Positions 39,901 to 48,948 of a stretch of 64,000 nucleotides of DNA are shown piece after piece. Source of the stretch: an uncultured bacterium (GTDB taxonomy: Bacteria > UBA8481). Each line of letters begins with the position of its first letter. Within the stretch, counting starts at the first letter, position 1. Where the stretch lies: the NCBI GenBank assembly GCA_964499705.1, contig CAZCME010000007.1, positions 1-64,000 of the forward strand. Direction: 5' to 3'. Under the pieces are notes generated by a model. The model saw only the letters and a program-made list of their open reading frames with translations. It ran no database searches and had not been told where the DNA came from. Both the position numbers and the translations under genes were made by a program.

Positions 39901-40577
39901 TCCAGCGTTCGCAGTTCCGTCTCGACCTCGCGGAATTTCTCCGCCTTCTTCGCGGCGCGACGGAGCGAACCTTCCTGCCGTTCCATCTCCCCTATCAGAT
40001 CGTCGATCCGGCGCATTCCGTCGCGGGTCGATTCCAGCCGCCGCAGGGCTTCCGTCCGGCGGGAGCGGTATTTGGCGATTCCCGCGGCTTCCTCGATGAT
40101 CCCCCGGCGCTCTTCCGGCTTGGCCGTCACGATCTCGTCGATCTTCCCCTGCTCGATGATCGCGTGAACGCGCCGGCCGATTCCGGAGTCCATCAGGAGA
40201 TCGTACACATCCCGCAACCGGCATTCCTGCTTGTTGAGGAGATAATTCGACTGGCCGTCGCGATAGAGGCGGCGGCCGATCGAAACCTCCGTGAACGCGA
40301 TCGGGAAAAGCCCGTGCGTGTTATCGAACGTGAGGATGACTTCGGCGACATTGAGCGGTTTCCGGGTCGCGGTACCCGCGAAGATGAGATCCTCCATGTG
40401 ATCTCCACGCAGGGATTTCGCGGACTGCTCGCCCAGCACCCAGCGGATCGCATCCGAGATGTTCGATTTGCCGCACCCGTTCGCTCCGACGATCGCCGTG
40501 ATGCCGTCGGGAAAATCAAGAACCGTCTTGTCGGGAAAGGACTTGAAGCCGAAGATCTCGATGCGCTTTAGTACCAC
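36972..40577 (-). CDS. smc: chromosome segregation protein SMC
   Basis: GFKSF, GANGCGKSN, EQG Q-loop, coiled coils and hinge, LSGGE, LDELDAPLD, ITH. Confidence 0.95.
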   Translation of the reverse strand: MVLKRIEIFGFKSFPDKTVLDFPDGITAIVGANGCGKSNISDAIRWVLGEQSAKSLRGDHMEDLIFAGTATRKPLNVAEVILTFDNTHGLFPIAFTEVSIGRRLYRDGQSNYLLNKQECRLRDVYDLLMDSGIGRRVHAIIEQGKIDEIVTAKPEERRGIIEEAAGIAKYRSRRTEALRRLESTRDGMRRIDDLIGEMERQEGSLRRAAKKAEKFREVETELRTLELSHSAARRRELRASLVALAEQKRALTDGIAVLEAEAAELALCIETEKTAEEASRALQKSCAADLSEAEKAVSAAESQLAELRERQADDERSLVRIGAEIDHVTRKIEEGRVACEAARDSSTALAEATASLASSRAEARVASDDQSAKLSAARRNLEEITGQRSQLSETMARLESESSYLAESRSRLEKRLAAHEESVGRQRAERERLREQIALHESELASLGIEKDCCVAEETMIRERIEGSDAALGSAADAISMKERELAVTASRHAAAIARASAIGEMLAAASIEGVSMRSVSDSLTFDAAHLSAFASAFADALHGIMITGETSIQYGDAMNSCGIVSETDRDRIADRLRGRTIFASTASSCEKWIPRGGLTALRDLLPPDASATIRSYLAGWYFASSYEEASSIAAGLSEWERVVTAAGDVVFPFGAVRKFRAEEADEVSIGRDSLESSMESLRHEIVALSSDAARFRLERTTAAVELESMRGKLRGIENRRGELNAIVSGIQDRLADDVESKLQAEKQRISEEQAVVAARGIQLSDETASLKAASIDLDFRREQLVENVRAEDAALDRLRGRASELEIEENRSRERLAAKEAEIRQLSTWLDESSASLARYGEMKSEIIERRERLAGVAADLEARVADLAIRLDGCKSAFANAETAVRDVAARLSALDAEERSAQKKKSGLVEETHEIDMASMRVTGEETMVVERIREKYHVDLADEQACLEQASLEAGAIEPTTEVGDAAGSGVAARIEELREMIERMSGVNFAAQEELDELLTRLETYRTQREDLTRAETGLVEVVSDIDKRTISLFNETFRAVNNNFGLLFNRLFGAKEGMQGSAELILLDPENPLESGIDIVAMPPGKKPQTISLLSGGEKALTAVSLLFAVFLVRPSPFAVLDELDAPLDEANVGKYAQLLKEFSQRSQFIIITHNKRTMEIANTMYGVTQMEKGISKLLGVRMEENDEVIPEAAG

Positions 40578-40640
40578 ATTGCCTCCTGCGTTGATGGGCT
40601 CTCGAGCCCGAGCTGCGTTCTTAGCTACGTTCAGTGCATA

Positions 40641-40669
40641 TTTCTAAACGTTTCAAACTTATGCGTCAA
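40641..40669 (-). promoter_or_regulatory. putative sigma70 promoter for smc
   Basis: TTGACG-17 nt-TAGAAA in an AT-rich intergenic stretch; GGAGG RBS before the GTG start. Confidence 0.45.
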
Positions 40670-40736
40670 GCCCATTTAGCCGCGGGTGTCGACATGATTT
40701 GCACAGGTTATTAACCGGTGCCCCGCATTTGAAATC

Positions 40737-43199
40737 CTAAACCCGGACACCGACCCGCACCGCGACGGCGGAGGAATCCATGGGACGAATCAGTTCCATC
40801 ACGTCGTTGATCGATAGACTCCCGCTCTCCTTCTGATGCAGGCAGAAGGACATCGATTCCCCGTTGATCCTCAGATCGTCGAGAAAATCTCCCAGCTTGA
40901 CTTGAATCGTCCGGTCTTTTCTCCGGCGATCGACGGTCTGATCGAGCCTGGAGCGGATCCATTCTCCCGCCTCGCAGGCCCGCGAAGTCTCCACGCGATA
41001 ATCGAGCGAGGTGGGAACCGGCATTTTTCCCGGTGGAGCCACGGCCGCGTCCTCGATCCGGATCGAATCCGGCAGCGCCTCGTTCATCCGGACTACGAAA
41101 TCCGCCGGCGGAGTGTCATACACATCGATCTCGGCATATTCATGATCGGCGTGCACCCCCAGCGGAAGAGGTTGCATCACCCGGAGTCGCAGGCGCGGAT
41201 TGAACCCTTGTGTCATGGCTCCGCAGATCTTCGCCCGGCGGACAGCGCGCTCGAAGATGCGCATGAAATCAAGATGGCCGACGAGGGAAGATGCTCCGCG
41301 CCGCGAGAAATGAAAGACGAGCCGCGTCGTAGTTTCCGGAAGCGCTTCATCGTCCTTCAAGGACTCGAGCGGATCGTCGAAGCCGTAATCGACGGGATGC
41401 GTCCCCACGCAGGACATGCCGCAGTTCGAGCACTTGCCCGTCGAGCAGTCCTCCGTGTGGAACTTGTCCGCCTCCTGCGCGGCCCGCTCCGCGGCGCGCC
41501 ATTCCCTCAGGAGAAATTCCCGCGCGACCCCGATGTTAATCTCCTCCCAGGGAAGTTCCTCGTCATGCCGATACTCGCGCGAGGCTTCCGCCTCCAGCGT
41601 CGTGCCGATATCGGCGAACGCTCCGCGCCACATTTCGAGATCGAACTTCTCGCCCCAGGCCTGGAGCGTGCCGCCGCGGCGCCAGACATTCTCGATCACG
41701 TCGCCCATCGAGGCGCCGCCACGCGCCAGCGCCGATTCCACGAGAGACGATCGCGCATCGTGAATGTCGAGCTTCACGCCTCGCGGCGTCGCCTTACGAA
41801 TCGCCGCGATCTTCTCCCGCAATGTCTCGACCGGTTCCATGCCGACCCATTGAAACGGCGTCCAGGGCTTGGGGCAGAAGATGGAGACCGAGGCGCGAAT
41901 CTCGCCGCGCTTTTTCCGGGCGATCGGAGCCAGTTCCGCGAGCACTTCTCCGATCGCGCGGGCGTCCTCGATCGTTTCGAAGGGAAGACCGATCAGGTAA
42001 TAGAGCTTGACGCTCTTCCACCCGTTGTCGAACGCGTCGTGGACGGACTGGATGAGCTTGGCGCGGGGTGAGCCCTTGTTGATGATCCGATCCATCCGCT
42101 CGCTGCCGACTTCCGGCGCCAGCGTGATTCCCGTCCGCCGGCCGCTCCCAGTCATATTGTTGATCGCCACATCGAAGGCATCGACCCGCGTCGACGGAAT
42201 GGAGATCGAAACATGGCGGGGAGCGAGCCGATCGTACAGAGCCGATGCGATCGGCTTGATGGCGGGATGATCGCAGGAGGAAAGGGAAATGAGCGAGACC
42301 TCGTCGTGGCCCGTCTTCTCCAGGGCGGCGATCGTGTTCTCGACGACGCTCTCGACGGAGCGATACCGCTGCGGTCGCGTGATGTAGCCGGCCTGGCAGA
42401 ACCGGCACCCGCGCGTGCAGCCCCGCATGATCTCCACCGTGACGCGATCGTGCACCGCCGTGATGTTCGGAACGATCTGGTTGACGACTCCCGGCGAATT
42501 GTCGAATCCGTAGAAGACGCGGCGCTCCGTCCGGGAAGGAGAATGCCCGAAGACATGCATCCCCTCGACACGCGACAGAGCGGCAAGGGTTTCCGGGCGC
42601 GAGCGGCGTGGAAGACACGCTTCGAGAAGCTCGATGACGGCTTCATCGGCCTCGCCGAGAAAGACGCCGTCGAGAAAGGGACGCATCGGCGCCATGTGAA
42701 GCGCGGAATGCCCGCCGGCGAGGACGATGGGATCGCCATCGCCCCGGTCGTTCGCACGGAGGGGAACACGACCCAGATCGAGCATCTCGAGAATGTCCGG
42801 GTAGGAGAGCTCGTACGATACGGAAAATCCGATCAGCTCGAAGTCGCGGAGCGGCTTCGCCGTCTCTAGCGATCGCAGAACTTCGCCGGTGCGCCGCAGT
42901 TCCGCCGCCTTGTCGTTCCACGGCGCGAAGACGCGTTCCGCCGCGAATCGCGGATCGCGATTCACCGCGTCATACAGGATCTTCAATCCGAAATGGCTCA
43001 TCCCGATCTCATAGATATCGGGAAACGCCAGGGCGATCGCGGGCCGGACTCCCGGCTTGACGACGGAATTGACCTCCCCGCCGATATATCGGCCGGGTTT
43101 TCCGATCCCGGCCACCGGCGACGATCGCCCCGTTCCGCCGGCGGAACCGGAATCGTCGGCGATCCAATTTGCGGTCGATTGCGTCATGCTCATCATCAT
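40737..43199 (-). CDS. TIGR03960-family radical SAM protein fused to TIGR03936 radical-SAM-linked domain
   Basis: KPGRYIGGEVN, FPDIYEIGMSH, ERVFAPW, CTRGCRFC; C-terminal GHLDF.R.F.RA.RRA....TQGFNP. Confidence 0.9.
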   Translation of the reverse strand: MMMSMTQSTANWIADDSGSAGGTGRSSPVAGIGKPGRYIGGEVNSVVKPGVRPAIALAFPDIYEIGMSHFGLKILYDAVNRDPRFAAERVFAPWNDKAAELRRTGEVLRSLETAKPLRDFELIGFSVSYELSYPDILEMLDLGRVPLRANDRGDGDPIVLAGGHSALHMAPMRPFLDGVFLGEADEAVIELLEACLPRRSRPETLAALSRVEGMHVFGHSPSRTERRVFYGFDNSPGVVNQIVPNITAVHDRVTVEIMRGCTRGCRFCQAGYITRPQRYRSVESVVENTIAALEKTGHDEVSLISLSSCDHPAIKPIASALYDRLAPRHVSISIPSTRVDAFDVAINNMTGSGRRTGITLAPEVGSERMDRIINKGSPRAKLIQSVHDAFDNGWKSVKLYYLIGLPFETIEDARAIGEVLAELAPIARKKRGEIRASVSIFCPKPWTPFQWVGMEPVETLREKIAAIRKATPRGVKLDIHDARSSLVESALARGGASMGDVIENVWRRGGTLQAWGEKFDLEMWRGAFADIGTTLEAEASREYRHDEELPWEEINIGVAREFLLREWRAAERAAQEADKFHTEDCSTGKCSNCGMSCVGTHPVDYGFDDPLESLKDDEALPETTTRLVFHFSRRGASSLVGHLDFMRIFERAVRRAKICGAMTQGFNPRLRLRVMQPLPLGVHADHEYAEIDVYDTPPADFVVRMNEALPDSIRIEDAAVAPPGKMPVPTSLDYRVETSRACEAGEWIRSRLDQTVDRRRKDRTIQVKLGDFLDDLRINGESMSFCLHQKESGSLSINDVMELIRPMDSSAVAVRVGVRV

Positions 43200-43200
43200 A

Positions 43201-43299
43201 GGGGACATTCTCCAACATTCCAACATTCAGAATAATGGAGTTATGATGGGCGCATGTGAAAGTATCATATTGAATGTTGGAATGTTGGAGAATGTCCCC
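43201..43299. repeat. MITE/REP-like element with 29-bp perfect terminal inverted repeats
   Basis: GGGGACATTCTCCAACATTCCAACATTCA (43201-43229) is the exact reverse complement of 43271-43299; AT-rich 41-nt core. Confidence 0.85.
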
Positions 43300-44079
43300 C
43301 TATAGCTCCAGCAGCACTCTCAAGGCTTCCGCCGCGGATTGCAAGTCTTCATCCGTGGCCGCGGCGAGAGCGGCGGGATCGGATCTGCCGGCGATGATGA
43401 GCGCGAGAGATTCGAGGATCCTTCGCGACGCCTCGCGGTAATGCGGCTGCCCTTCCTCCAGCGCGTAGACCAGACGCTCGTAATTCAGCCTCGGGATCCG
43501 GCCCCGAGCCAGGCCGCGGATCATCGCGCGCGCTTCGAGCAGCTCGGGAGGGACGCGGCCGAAGAGTTCGCGATCCAGGAGGTGGCGCAATTCGTGCTCG
43601 AACGCCTCCTCGAACAGCAGCGGGTCCGTCTCCGCGCGATGATCGAGAAAAATCCTGTCGCGCTCGATCGAAGCGAAGGCGACGCGCGGGTGGCCCGTGA
43701 ATTCGAAATACTCGGGAAGTTCGTTCGATCGGATGTGGATGATGTCGACATGAATCCTACCCGAACGGAGCCTGCGATTCCCGGACCATGGTTTTGGGAT
43801 GGTAACGATCCGGGTTTCGAAATCGATCCGGCCGGAGATGACGTTCGCGAACGGGCGGCCCGAGGCGGTCCACCCCATCGGTTCCACTATGGCCACGGAA
43901 CCGGCGAGGGCCCTGCGGAGCGTTTCGACGGAGACCGGCTTGTCGTCGAGAATGGCGCGATAATATTCCGTGACGATCTCGGACCTGGTGCGTCCTTCCA
44001 CCTTCAAACCGGTGTCCTGGACCGCGCAGGCGGAGAACACCAGGAGAAGAAGCGCGCTGAATGTGATCGGATTCCGCAT
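43300..44079 (-). CDS. lipoprotein with HExxH zinc-metallopeptidase-like motif
   Basis: Lipobox FSAC; FEHELRH followed by a downstream Glu (EARA). Confidence 0.65.
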   Translation of the reverse strand: MRNPITFSALLLLVFSACAVQDTGLKVEGRTRSEIVTEYYRAILDDKPVSVETLRRALAGSVAIVEPMGWTASGRPFANVISGRIDFETRIVTIPKPWSGNRRLRSGRIHVDIIHIRSNELPEYFEFTGHPRVAFASIERDRIFLDHRAETDPLLFEEAFEHELRHLLDRELFGRVPPELLEARAMIRGLARGRIPRLNYERLVYALEEGQPHYREASRRILESLALIIAGRSDPAALAAATDEDLQSAAEALRVLLEL

Positions 44080-44192
44080 GGTGGAATTATAGGCTGATGC
44101 TTCGCAAGATCCCATCATTACGATCGCCCGGAACCGCGGAAGGAAAAGTTTGCGTGTTGATGATTGTCCCCGATTCTGAGAGGATCAGCGCG

Positions 44193-45527
44193 ATGTCATC
44201 ACTCGCTAGGTCGCCGGTCGTCGAATCCGTCAGGAATGCCGGCATAGTCGGAGCGGGCGGAGCCGGATTTCCGTCCCACGTCAAGCTCGCCTCCCCGGTC
44301 GAATGGGTGATCGGGAACGGCGCCGAATGCGAACCGCTCCTCAAGATCGACCAGCAGGTCGCCCGGCTCTTCGCCCGGCGGCTCGTCCGCGGCATCCAGC
44401 TGGCCGCCGAAGCGACCGGCGCGACCAGAGCGGGAGTCGCGATCAAGTACAAGCATGTCGAGACGATCGCGGCCGTGCGGGCCGCGGCATCGGGCACGAA
44501 CGTGGAAGTGTACGAGCTCGACGATTATTATCCGGCGGGCGACGAGTTCAACATCGTCTACGAAGTCACCGGCCGGATCATCCCGGAGGGAGGCCGCCCC
44601 ACGAATGTCGGCTGCCTCGTCAACAACATCGTCACGCTCGTCCAGATCGCGGAGGCCGTCGACGACGCAAGGCCCGTGACCGCGCGCGCGATCACGATCG
44701 GCGGCGCCGTGGCGAATCCGATCACCGTGGAAGCTCCGATCGGCACCCCCTTCGAATTCTGCCTCGCCGCGGCCGGCGGCCCGACCGTTGCGGACTATGT
44801 CGCGCTCGACGGCGGCCCCATGATGGGCAAGTTCATCGATCCCGCGCGCGCCGTCGTCACGAAGCGGACTTCGTCCTTCCTCATCTTTCCGCGCGACCAT
44901 CAGTACGTTTTCCGGCGGATGAAAAATCCCGACGAGCACCAGCACATCGCGCGATCCTCCTGCGACCAGTGCAACCTCTGCACCGATTTCTGCCCGCGCT
45001 ATCTCCTGGGACACCGCTGCTGGCCCTCCAAGGTGATGCGCTCCGGCCTTTCCCGCGAGCCCATTCCCACGGATGTCCTGAACGCATCGCTCTGCTGCGA
45101 GTGCGGCATCTGCAGCCTCTTTGCGTGCCCGATACCGCTGCCGGTGCGGGAGATGATGGTCCAGACGCGGGTCGCGCTCAAAAAGCACGAGGTGAAGAGC
45201 CCCTTCCGGAACGAGGACGTCACGATCAACGAGTTCTTCCAGAACCGAAAGATCCCCGTCGCCTCCCTGATGGAACGGCTCGGCCTCCATATCTATGAGC
45301 ACCCGGCTCCGATGCAGGGCATGCCGCTCAAGCCGGGCCGCATCCGCCTGCCGCTCGACGGCCATGCCGGTTCTCCCGCCGTGCCGGTGAAAAAAGCCGG
45401 CGACGCCGTGTCGGCGGGAGAGGTTGTCGCGGAGATTCCGGAGGGTGCATTAGGCGCGCGCTGCCATTCTCCCATCAACGGGCACATCCAGACCATCGCC
45501 GACAACGTCATGGAGATTTCGCTGTAA
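44193..45527 (+). CDS. PduS/RnfC-like flavin and 4Fe-4S oxidoreductase
   Basis: GIVGAGGAGFP, NGAECEP, SLBB, CDQCNLCTDFCP, CCECGIC...CP; C-terminal barrel-sandwich-hybrid domain. Confidence 0.85.
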   Translation: MSSLARSPVVESVRNAGIVGAGGAGFPSHVKLASPVEWVIGNGAECEPLLKIDQQVARLFARRLVRGIQLAAEATGATRAGVAIKYKHVETIAAVRAAASGTNVEVYELDDYYPAGDEFNIVYEVTGRIIPEGGRPTNVGCLVNNIVTLVQIAEAVDDARPVTARAITIGGAVANPITVEAPIGTPFEFCLAAAGGPTVADYVALDGGPMMGKFIDPARAVVTKRTSSFLIFPRDHQYVFRRMKNPDEHQHIARSSCDQCNLCTDFCPRYLLGHRCWPSKVMRSGLSREPIPTDVLNASLCCECGICSLFACPIPLPVREMMVQTRVALKKHEVKSPFRNEDVTINEFFQNRKIPVASLMERLGLHIYEHPAPMQGMPLKPGRIRLPLDGHAGSPAVPVKKAGDAVSAGEVVAEIPEGALGARCHSPINGHIQTIADNVMEISL

Positions 45528-45560
45528 AATAGTGGTGATCTCCGAACGGGGGTGGAATTC

Positions 45561-46415
45561 ATGAGGCCTGCTGATTTCGCGGGAACCTGGTATCCCGAGA
45601 GCGGCTCCGCATGCAGAAAGATCATCCGAGAGTTCGAGAAAAATCTGCCCTCGCGCGAGCCGATACCGGGCTCGGGAGTCATCGCGCCCCATGCAGGTTG
45701 GCTGTATTCCGGCCGCACAGCCTGGTCCGCCTTCGCGCCTCTTGCTTCTCCCCGCATCGAGCGCGTGATCATCTTCGGAGGTCACCTCACGATGCGCGAC
45801 CGCGCGACGCTCCTTCGATGCGATGCGTGGAACAATCCGGTCAGGCCGATGGAGATCGACCGGGAAGGTATCGAGCGCATCGCGGGGCTTCATGATTTTG
45901 CGGAAGAGACCGACCGCCGTTACCGCCGCGATAATGGAATCGAGCTGGTCCTCGGGTTCGCCGCGGCCGCCTGGCCGAACGCGCGGCTCATCGCCATCGG
46001 CATGCCGCCGACGCGGCTGGCCGTTTCCCTGGGAATGGAAATCGGCCGGGCGTTCTCGCACGCGAAGGAAAAGACCGTCTTCGTCGGCTCGACCGACCTG
46101 ACGCACTACGGACCGGGATACGGATTCACGCCTGCCGGTATTGGAACATCAAGTCTCGCGTGGGCGAAGGAAAACGATAATCGCTTCATCAAGGCGATCA
46201 CATCCGGGGAGGAAGGAGACGCGCTGAATTCCGCGCAGGAACACGCAAACGCCTGCTGCCCGGGCGCGGCCGAAGCGGTCCGATCAGCCTGCTCCGCCGC
46301 CTGCGGATCCAGGCCGGAGGTGGACATCACTCACGTCACGAACAGCCATGAAATCGCGGGAGGTATTCCCTCCGACTTCGTCGGCTACGCCGGAATCATC
46401 TTCAGGCGGCCTTAG
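45561..46415 (+). CDS. amrB: AmmeMemoRadiSam system protein B (MEMO1 family)
   Basis: R.A.FAGTWYP, IAPHAGW.YSG, STDLTHYG, VGYAG. Confidence 0.85.
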   Translation: MRPADFAGTWYPESGSACRKIIREFEKNLPSREPIPGSGVIAPHAGWLYSGRTAWSAFAPLASPRIERVIIFGGHLTMRDRATLLRCDAWNNPVRPMEIDREGIERIAGLHDFAEETDRRYRRDNGIELVLGFAAAAWPNARLIAIGMPPTRLAVSLGMEIGRAFSHAKEKTVFVGSTDLTHYGPGYGFTPAGIGTSSLAWAKENDNRFIKAITSGEEGDALNSAQEHANACCPGAAEAVRSACSAACGSRPEVDITHVTNSHEIAGGIPSDFVGYAGIIFRRP

Positions 46416-46857
46416 CGAAAGTTTCCTCGGAAAGGATCCTGTATTCCGTCGCGCGGATCGTTTCGAGGATGACGCCGAGGAAGCGCTGCGTCGCCAGGTA
46501 TTTCGCGCGATCGGGGCCGACTTCATAGCCGACGGCCTCCAGTTCCGCGAGAAACCCGGTCCAGGCGTCATGATCCCAGCCGGATGCGTTCGCCGTGACA
46601 AACGCGCGCGCCCTTCCGATCAGCTCGACATCGACCGGCAACACCGGAATCGCTCCGCGGATCCGTTCGATCTCCGAGTCCACGAGACCCGCCGCGGCCA
46701 GGCACTCCGCGACGCGATCCTTCGGAGCCGTGATGAGCCCGATATCGATCGACGCATCGCTTAGAATTTCCGCGACGACGCGACTGTTCCTCGATTCCGC
46801 CCGCTTGACGATGCGCGCGGATTTTCCGGTCCCTGAAGTGTTGACGCTTTTTGCCAT
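46402..46857 (-). CDS. hypothetical protein
   Basis: Strong GAGGAGG RBS and natural-looking composition; no family recognised. Confidence 0.6.
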   Translation of the reverse strand: MAKSVNTSGTGKSARIVKRAESRNSRVVAEILSDASIDIGLITAPKDRVAECLAAAGLVDSEIERIRGAIPVLPVDVELIGRARAFVTANASGWDHDAWTGFLAELEAVGYEVGPDRAKYLATQRFLGVILETIRATEYRILSEETFAKAA

Positions 46858-46938
46858 GAATAGCCTCCTCGCGCGGGCCTTTCGCTGCATGTGACCCGCG
46901 CATTTACCGTTCTTCTATCGACGCGTACAGCGGAGGGA

Positions 46939-47775
46939 TTAAGGTGTTTTCTCCCCGAGCACCAGCCAGCCCGCGACGACGATGCAGACGGCGCCGAGGA
47001 AGGTCCATGCCGTGACCGGTTCGCCGTAGATGATGGAGCCCCACGCGATTCCGAAGAGGATTTCGAAGTAACCGAGGATGCCCGCGGTGGCCGCGGAAAC
47101 GCCGGCGAGGCCTACGAGATAGATCGTCGAGGCGATGGAGAGATGAAACGCGCCGGCGCCGCAGGCGATCGTCGCGGAGCGCGTCGTGTAGGCGGACCAG
47201 TCCACCATCGGCAGCACGACGAGCGGCAGAACCAGCGAGCTGCCCACCGCCACCGCGAAGGAGTCCGCTCCTTCCCGCGCCAGCCTGCGGCTCAGCATGA
47301 TGCAGACGGCATAGGCGAATGCGGACAGCAGGGCCAGGCCCAGCCCGCGGAGATCATTCTCGCTACCCAGCCGGAGCCCCTGTCCGCCGACCGCCAGCAA
47401 TCCCACCATGGAAACAGCCAGCGCCTCCCAGGTCCGCGCGGACGGTTTTTCTCCCAGCAGAAAGGGCGCCGCGACGGCGACGATGACGGGAGCGGCGTAA
47501 TGCAGGATCATGAAATTGCTGATGGAGGTCAGAGCGAAGGCTTCGATGGACGACCAGACATTGACGGCGACGAACAGACCCAGGAGGGCGATTTTCCCAG
47601 GAGGAAGCTGCCGGAGACGTCGCGCCATGCGCGGCACGAAGAGGCAGAGCAGGAGAATTCCGAAGGCGTTCGCGCAGACGACAAAATTCGCGAGCGGCAG
47701 GCCGGACTCGCGGACGAAGACAGGCGTTGTCGACCACAGGAGGAATGCGAGAAAGATGAGCGAATGCGATTTCAC
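46939..47775 (-). CDS. EamA/DMT-family transporter
   Basis: About ten TM helices in two repeats; Y.AP....FLLGEK, YFE...GE. Confidence 0.88.
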   Translation of the reverse strand: MKSHSLIFLAFLLWSTTPVFVRESGLPLANFVVCANAFGILLLCLFVPRMARRLRQLPPGKIALLGLFVAVNVWSSIEAFALTSISNFMILHYAAPVIVAVAAPFLLGEKPSARTWEALAVSMVGLLAVGGQGLRLGSENDLRGLGLALLSAFAYAVCIMLSRRLAREGADSFAVAVGSSLVLPLVVLPMVDWSAYTTRSATIACGAGAFHLSIASTIYLVGLAGVSAATAGILGYFEILFGIAWGSIIYGEPVTAWTFLGAVCIVVAGWLVLGEKTP

Positions 47776-47789
47776 GTGCGGGCGGCGCG

Positions 47790-48911
47790 TTATCGGTTCG
47801 GGCGTATGGAGGGGCGCACCGCGACGTCCACGCTCCTCAGGCGCGCTTCGACGTCGCGGAAACCGGGCGCCAGGCGCGCGGCACGTTGCCAATGGGCGCG
47901 GGCAAGATCCGTCCGGCCGAGCCCCTCGTACGCGGCGCCGAGCCAGTAGTGCCCTTCGGCGAGATCCGGCTTTGACTCCAGGAGCGCTTCGAACTGCTCG
48001 ACCGCTTCCGCGTGACTTCGTTTCTTCAGGAGGCACCATCCGAGGGCGAGACGGGACTGGAGAATGATCGTCAGTTCGTCCTCCACGAGATTCTCCTTGT
48101 CCTCGTAAATCGCCAGGGTCGCTCGAAACGCCTCGATCGCGGGATCGAACGCGCCCTGTTCCTTTAAAGCCAGCGCGAGATTGAAGGAGAGAATAGGATC
48201 GTCGGGCGCGGAGAGGAGAGCCTGCTTGTAGAGCGCCGCGCCCTGCTCCAGGTCTCCCCGTGCGACCGATACATTCCCGAGAAATGTCAGCGCGCGCGCC
48301 GAGACCAGGCCGCGCGAGACCGCTTCGCCGAGGTGGCGCGACGCGCCGTCATATCCTTCGGGTCCCATCTGGTAGTACGCGGTTCCGAGATCGTACAAAT
48401 CGCGCGGAGAAAGGGCCGCGCCGAGCGCGCGGGATTGACGGAAGAGCATGATGGAACGCTCGAACATGCCCTTGGAGAGAGCCCGCTCCTCCTTGACGAA
48501 GAGATTCCGGAACGAGGGAAAGTCCTCCCGCAGCATCTTGCGGAGCTGAGAAACATCCTGGCCGATCTTCTCCCACTCCGTCAGGCGTTCCTCGAAATAC
48601 GCGATCAGCTCCGAGTCGGTCACGATCTCCTCGATCGGCATCTTGCTCCGCGAAATCGCCAGTCCCCACTGGAGATAGTACCGCGCCAGCTCGAGCCGGG
48701 CAGCATGATCGATCGGATCCTCCGCCAGATGCTTCTCCGTCTGCGTCACGTCCAGCGTCGGGGGGCCGGCGGCGGCCTCCGTGCGCCATGGAGCATAATC
48801 GTAGATGAGCACGGCGACGACCGCGCCGATCACGACGGCGATGAGGATCGACGGGCGACCGTCCGGCCGCGGGAGCCACGAACGAAATCGCACCCATGCC
48901 TGATTCAACAC
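47790..48911 (-). CDS. membrane-anchored TPR protein
   Basis: N-terminal TM helix; TPRs (YDLGTAYY, FNLALAL, HYWLGAAY). Confidence 0.8.
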   Translation of the reverse strand: MLNQAWVRFRSWLPRPDGRPSILIAVVIGAVVAVLIYDYAPWRTEAAAGPPTLDVTQTEKHLAEDPIDHAARLELARYYLQWGLAISRSKMPIEEIVTDSELIAYFEERLTEWEKIGQDVSQLRKMLREDFPSFRNLFVKEERALSKGMFERSIMLFRQSRALGAALSPRDLYDLGTAYYQMGPEGYDGASRHLGEAVSRGLVSARALTFLGNVSVARGDLEQGAALYKQALLSAPDDPILSFNLALALKEQGAFDPAIEAFRATLAIYEDKENLVEDELTIILQSRLALGWCLLKKRSHAEAVEQFEALLESKPDLAEGHYWLGAAYEGLGRTDLARAHWQRAARLAPGFRDVEARLRSVDVAVRPSIRPNR

Positions 48912-48948
48912 TTTCCACTCCGCACTTTATCTGCTATCCTCCCGCGTC

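Noticed and set aside
36972-40577. SMC as part of a Wadjet/MksBEF defence system
   Set aside because: It has canonical housekeeping SMC length and motifs, with no jetABD/mks neighbours.
43200-43305. Small ORFs and the MLECWRMSP extension reading through the inverted repeat
   Set aside because: These are translations of the repeat arms, not credible coding sequence.
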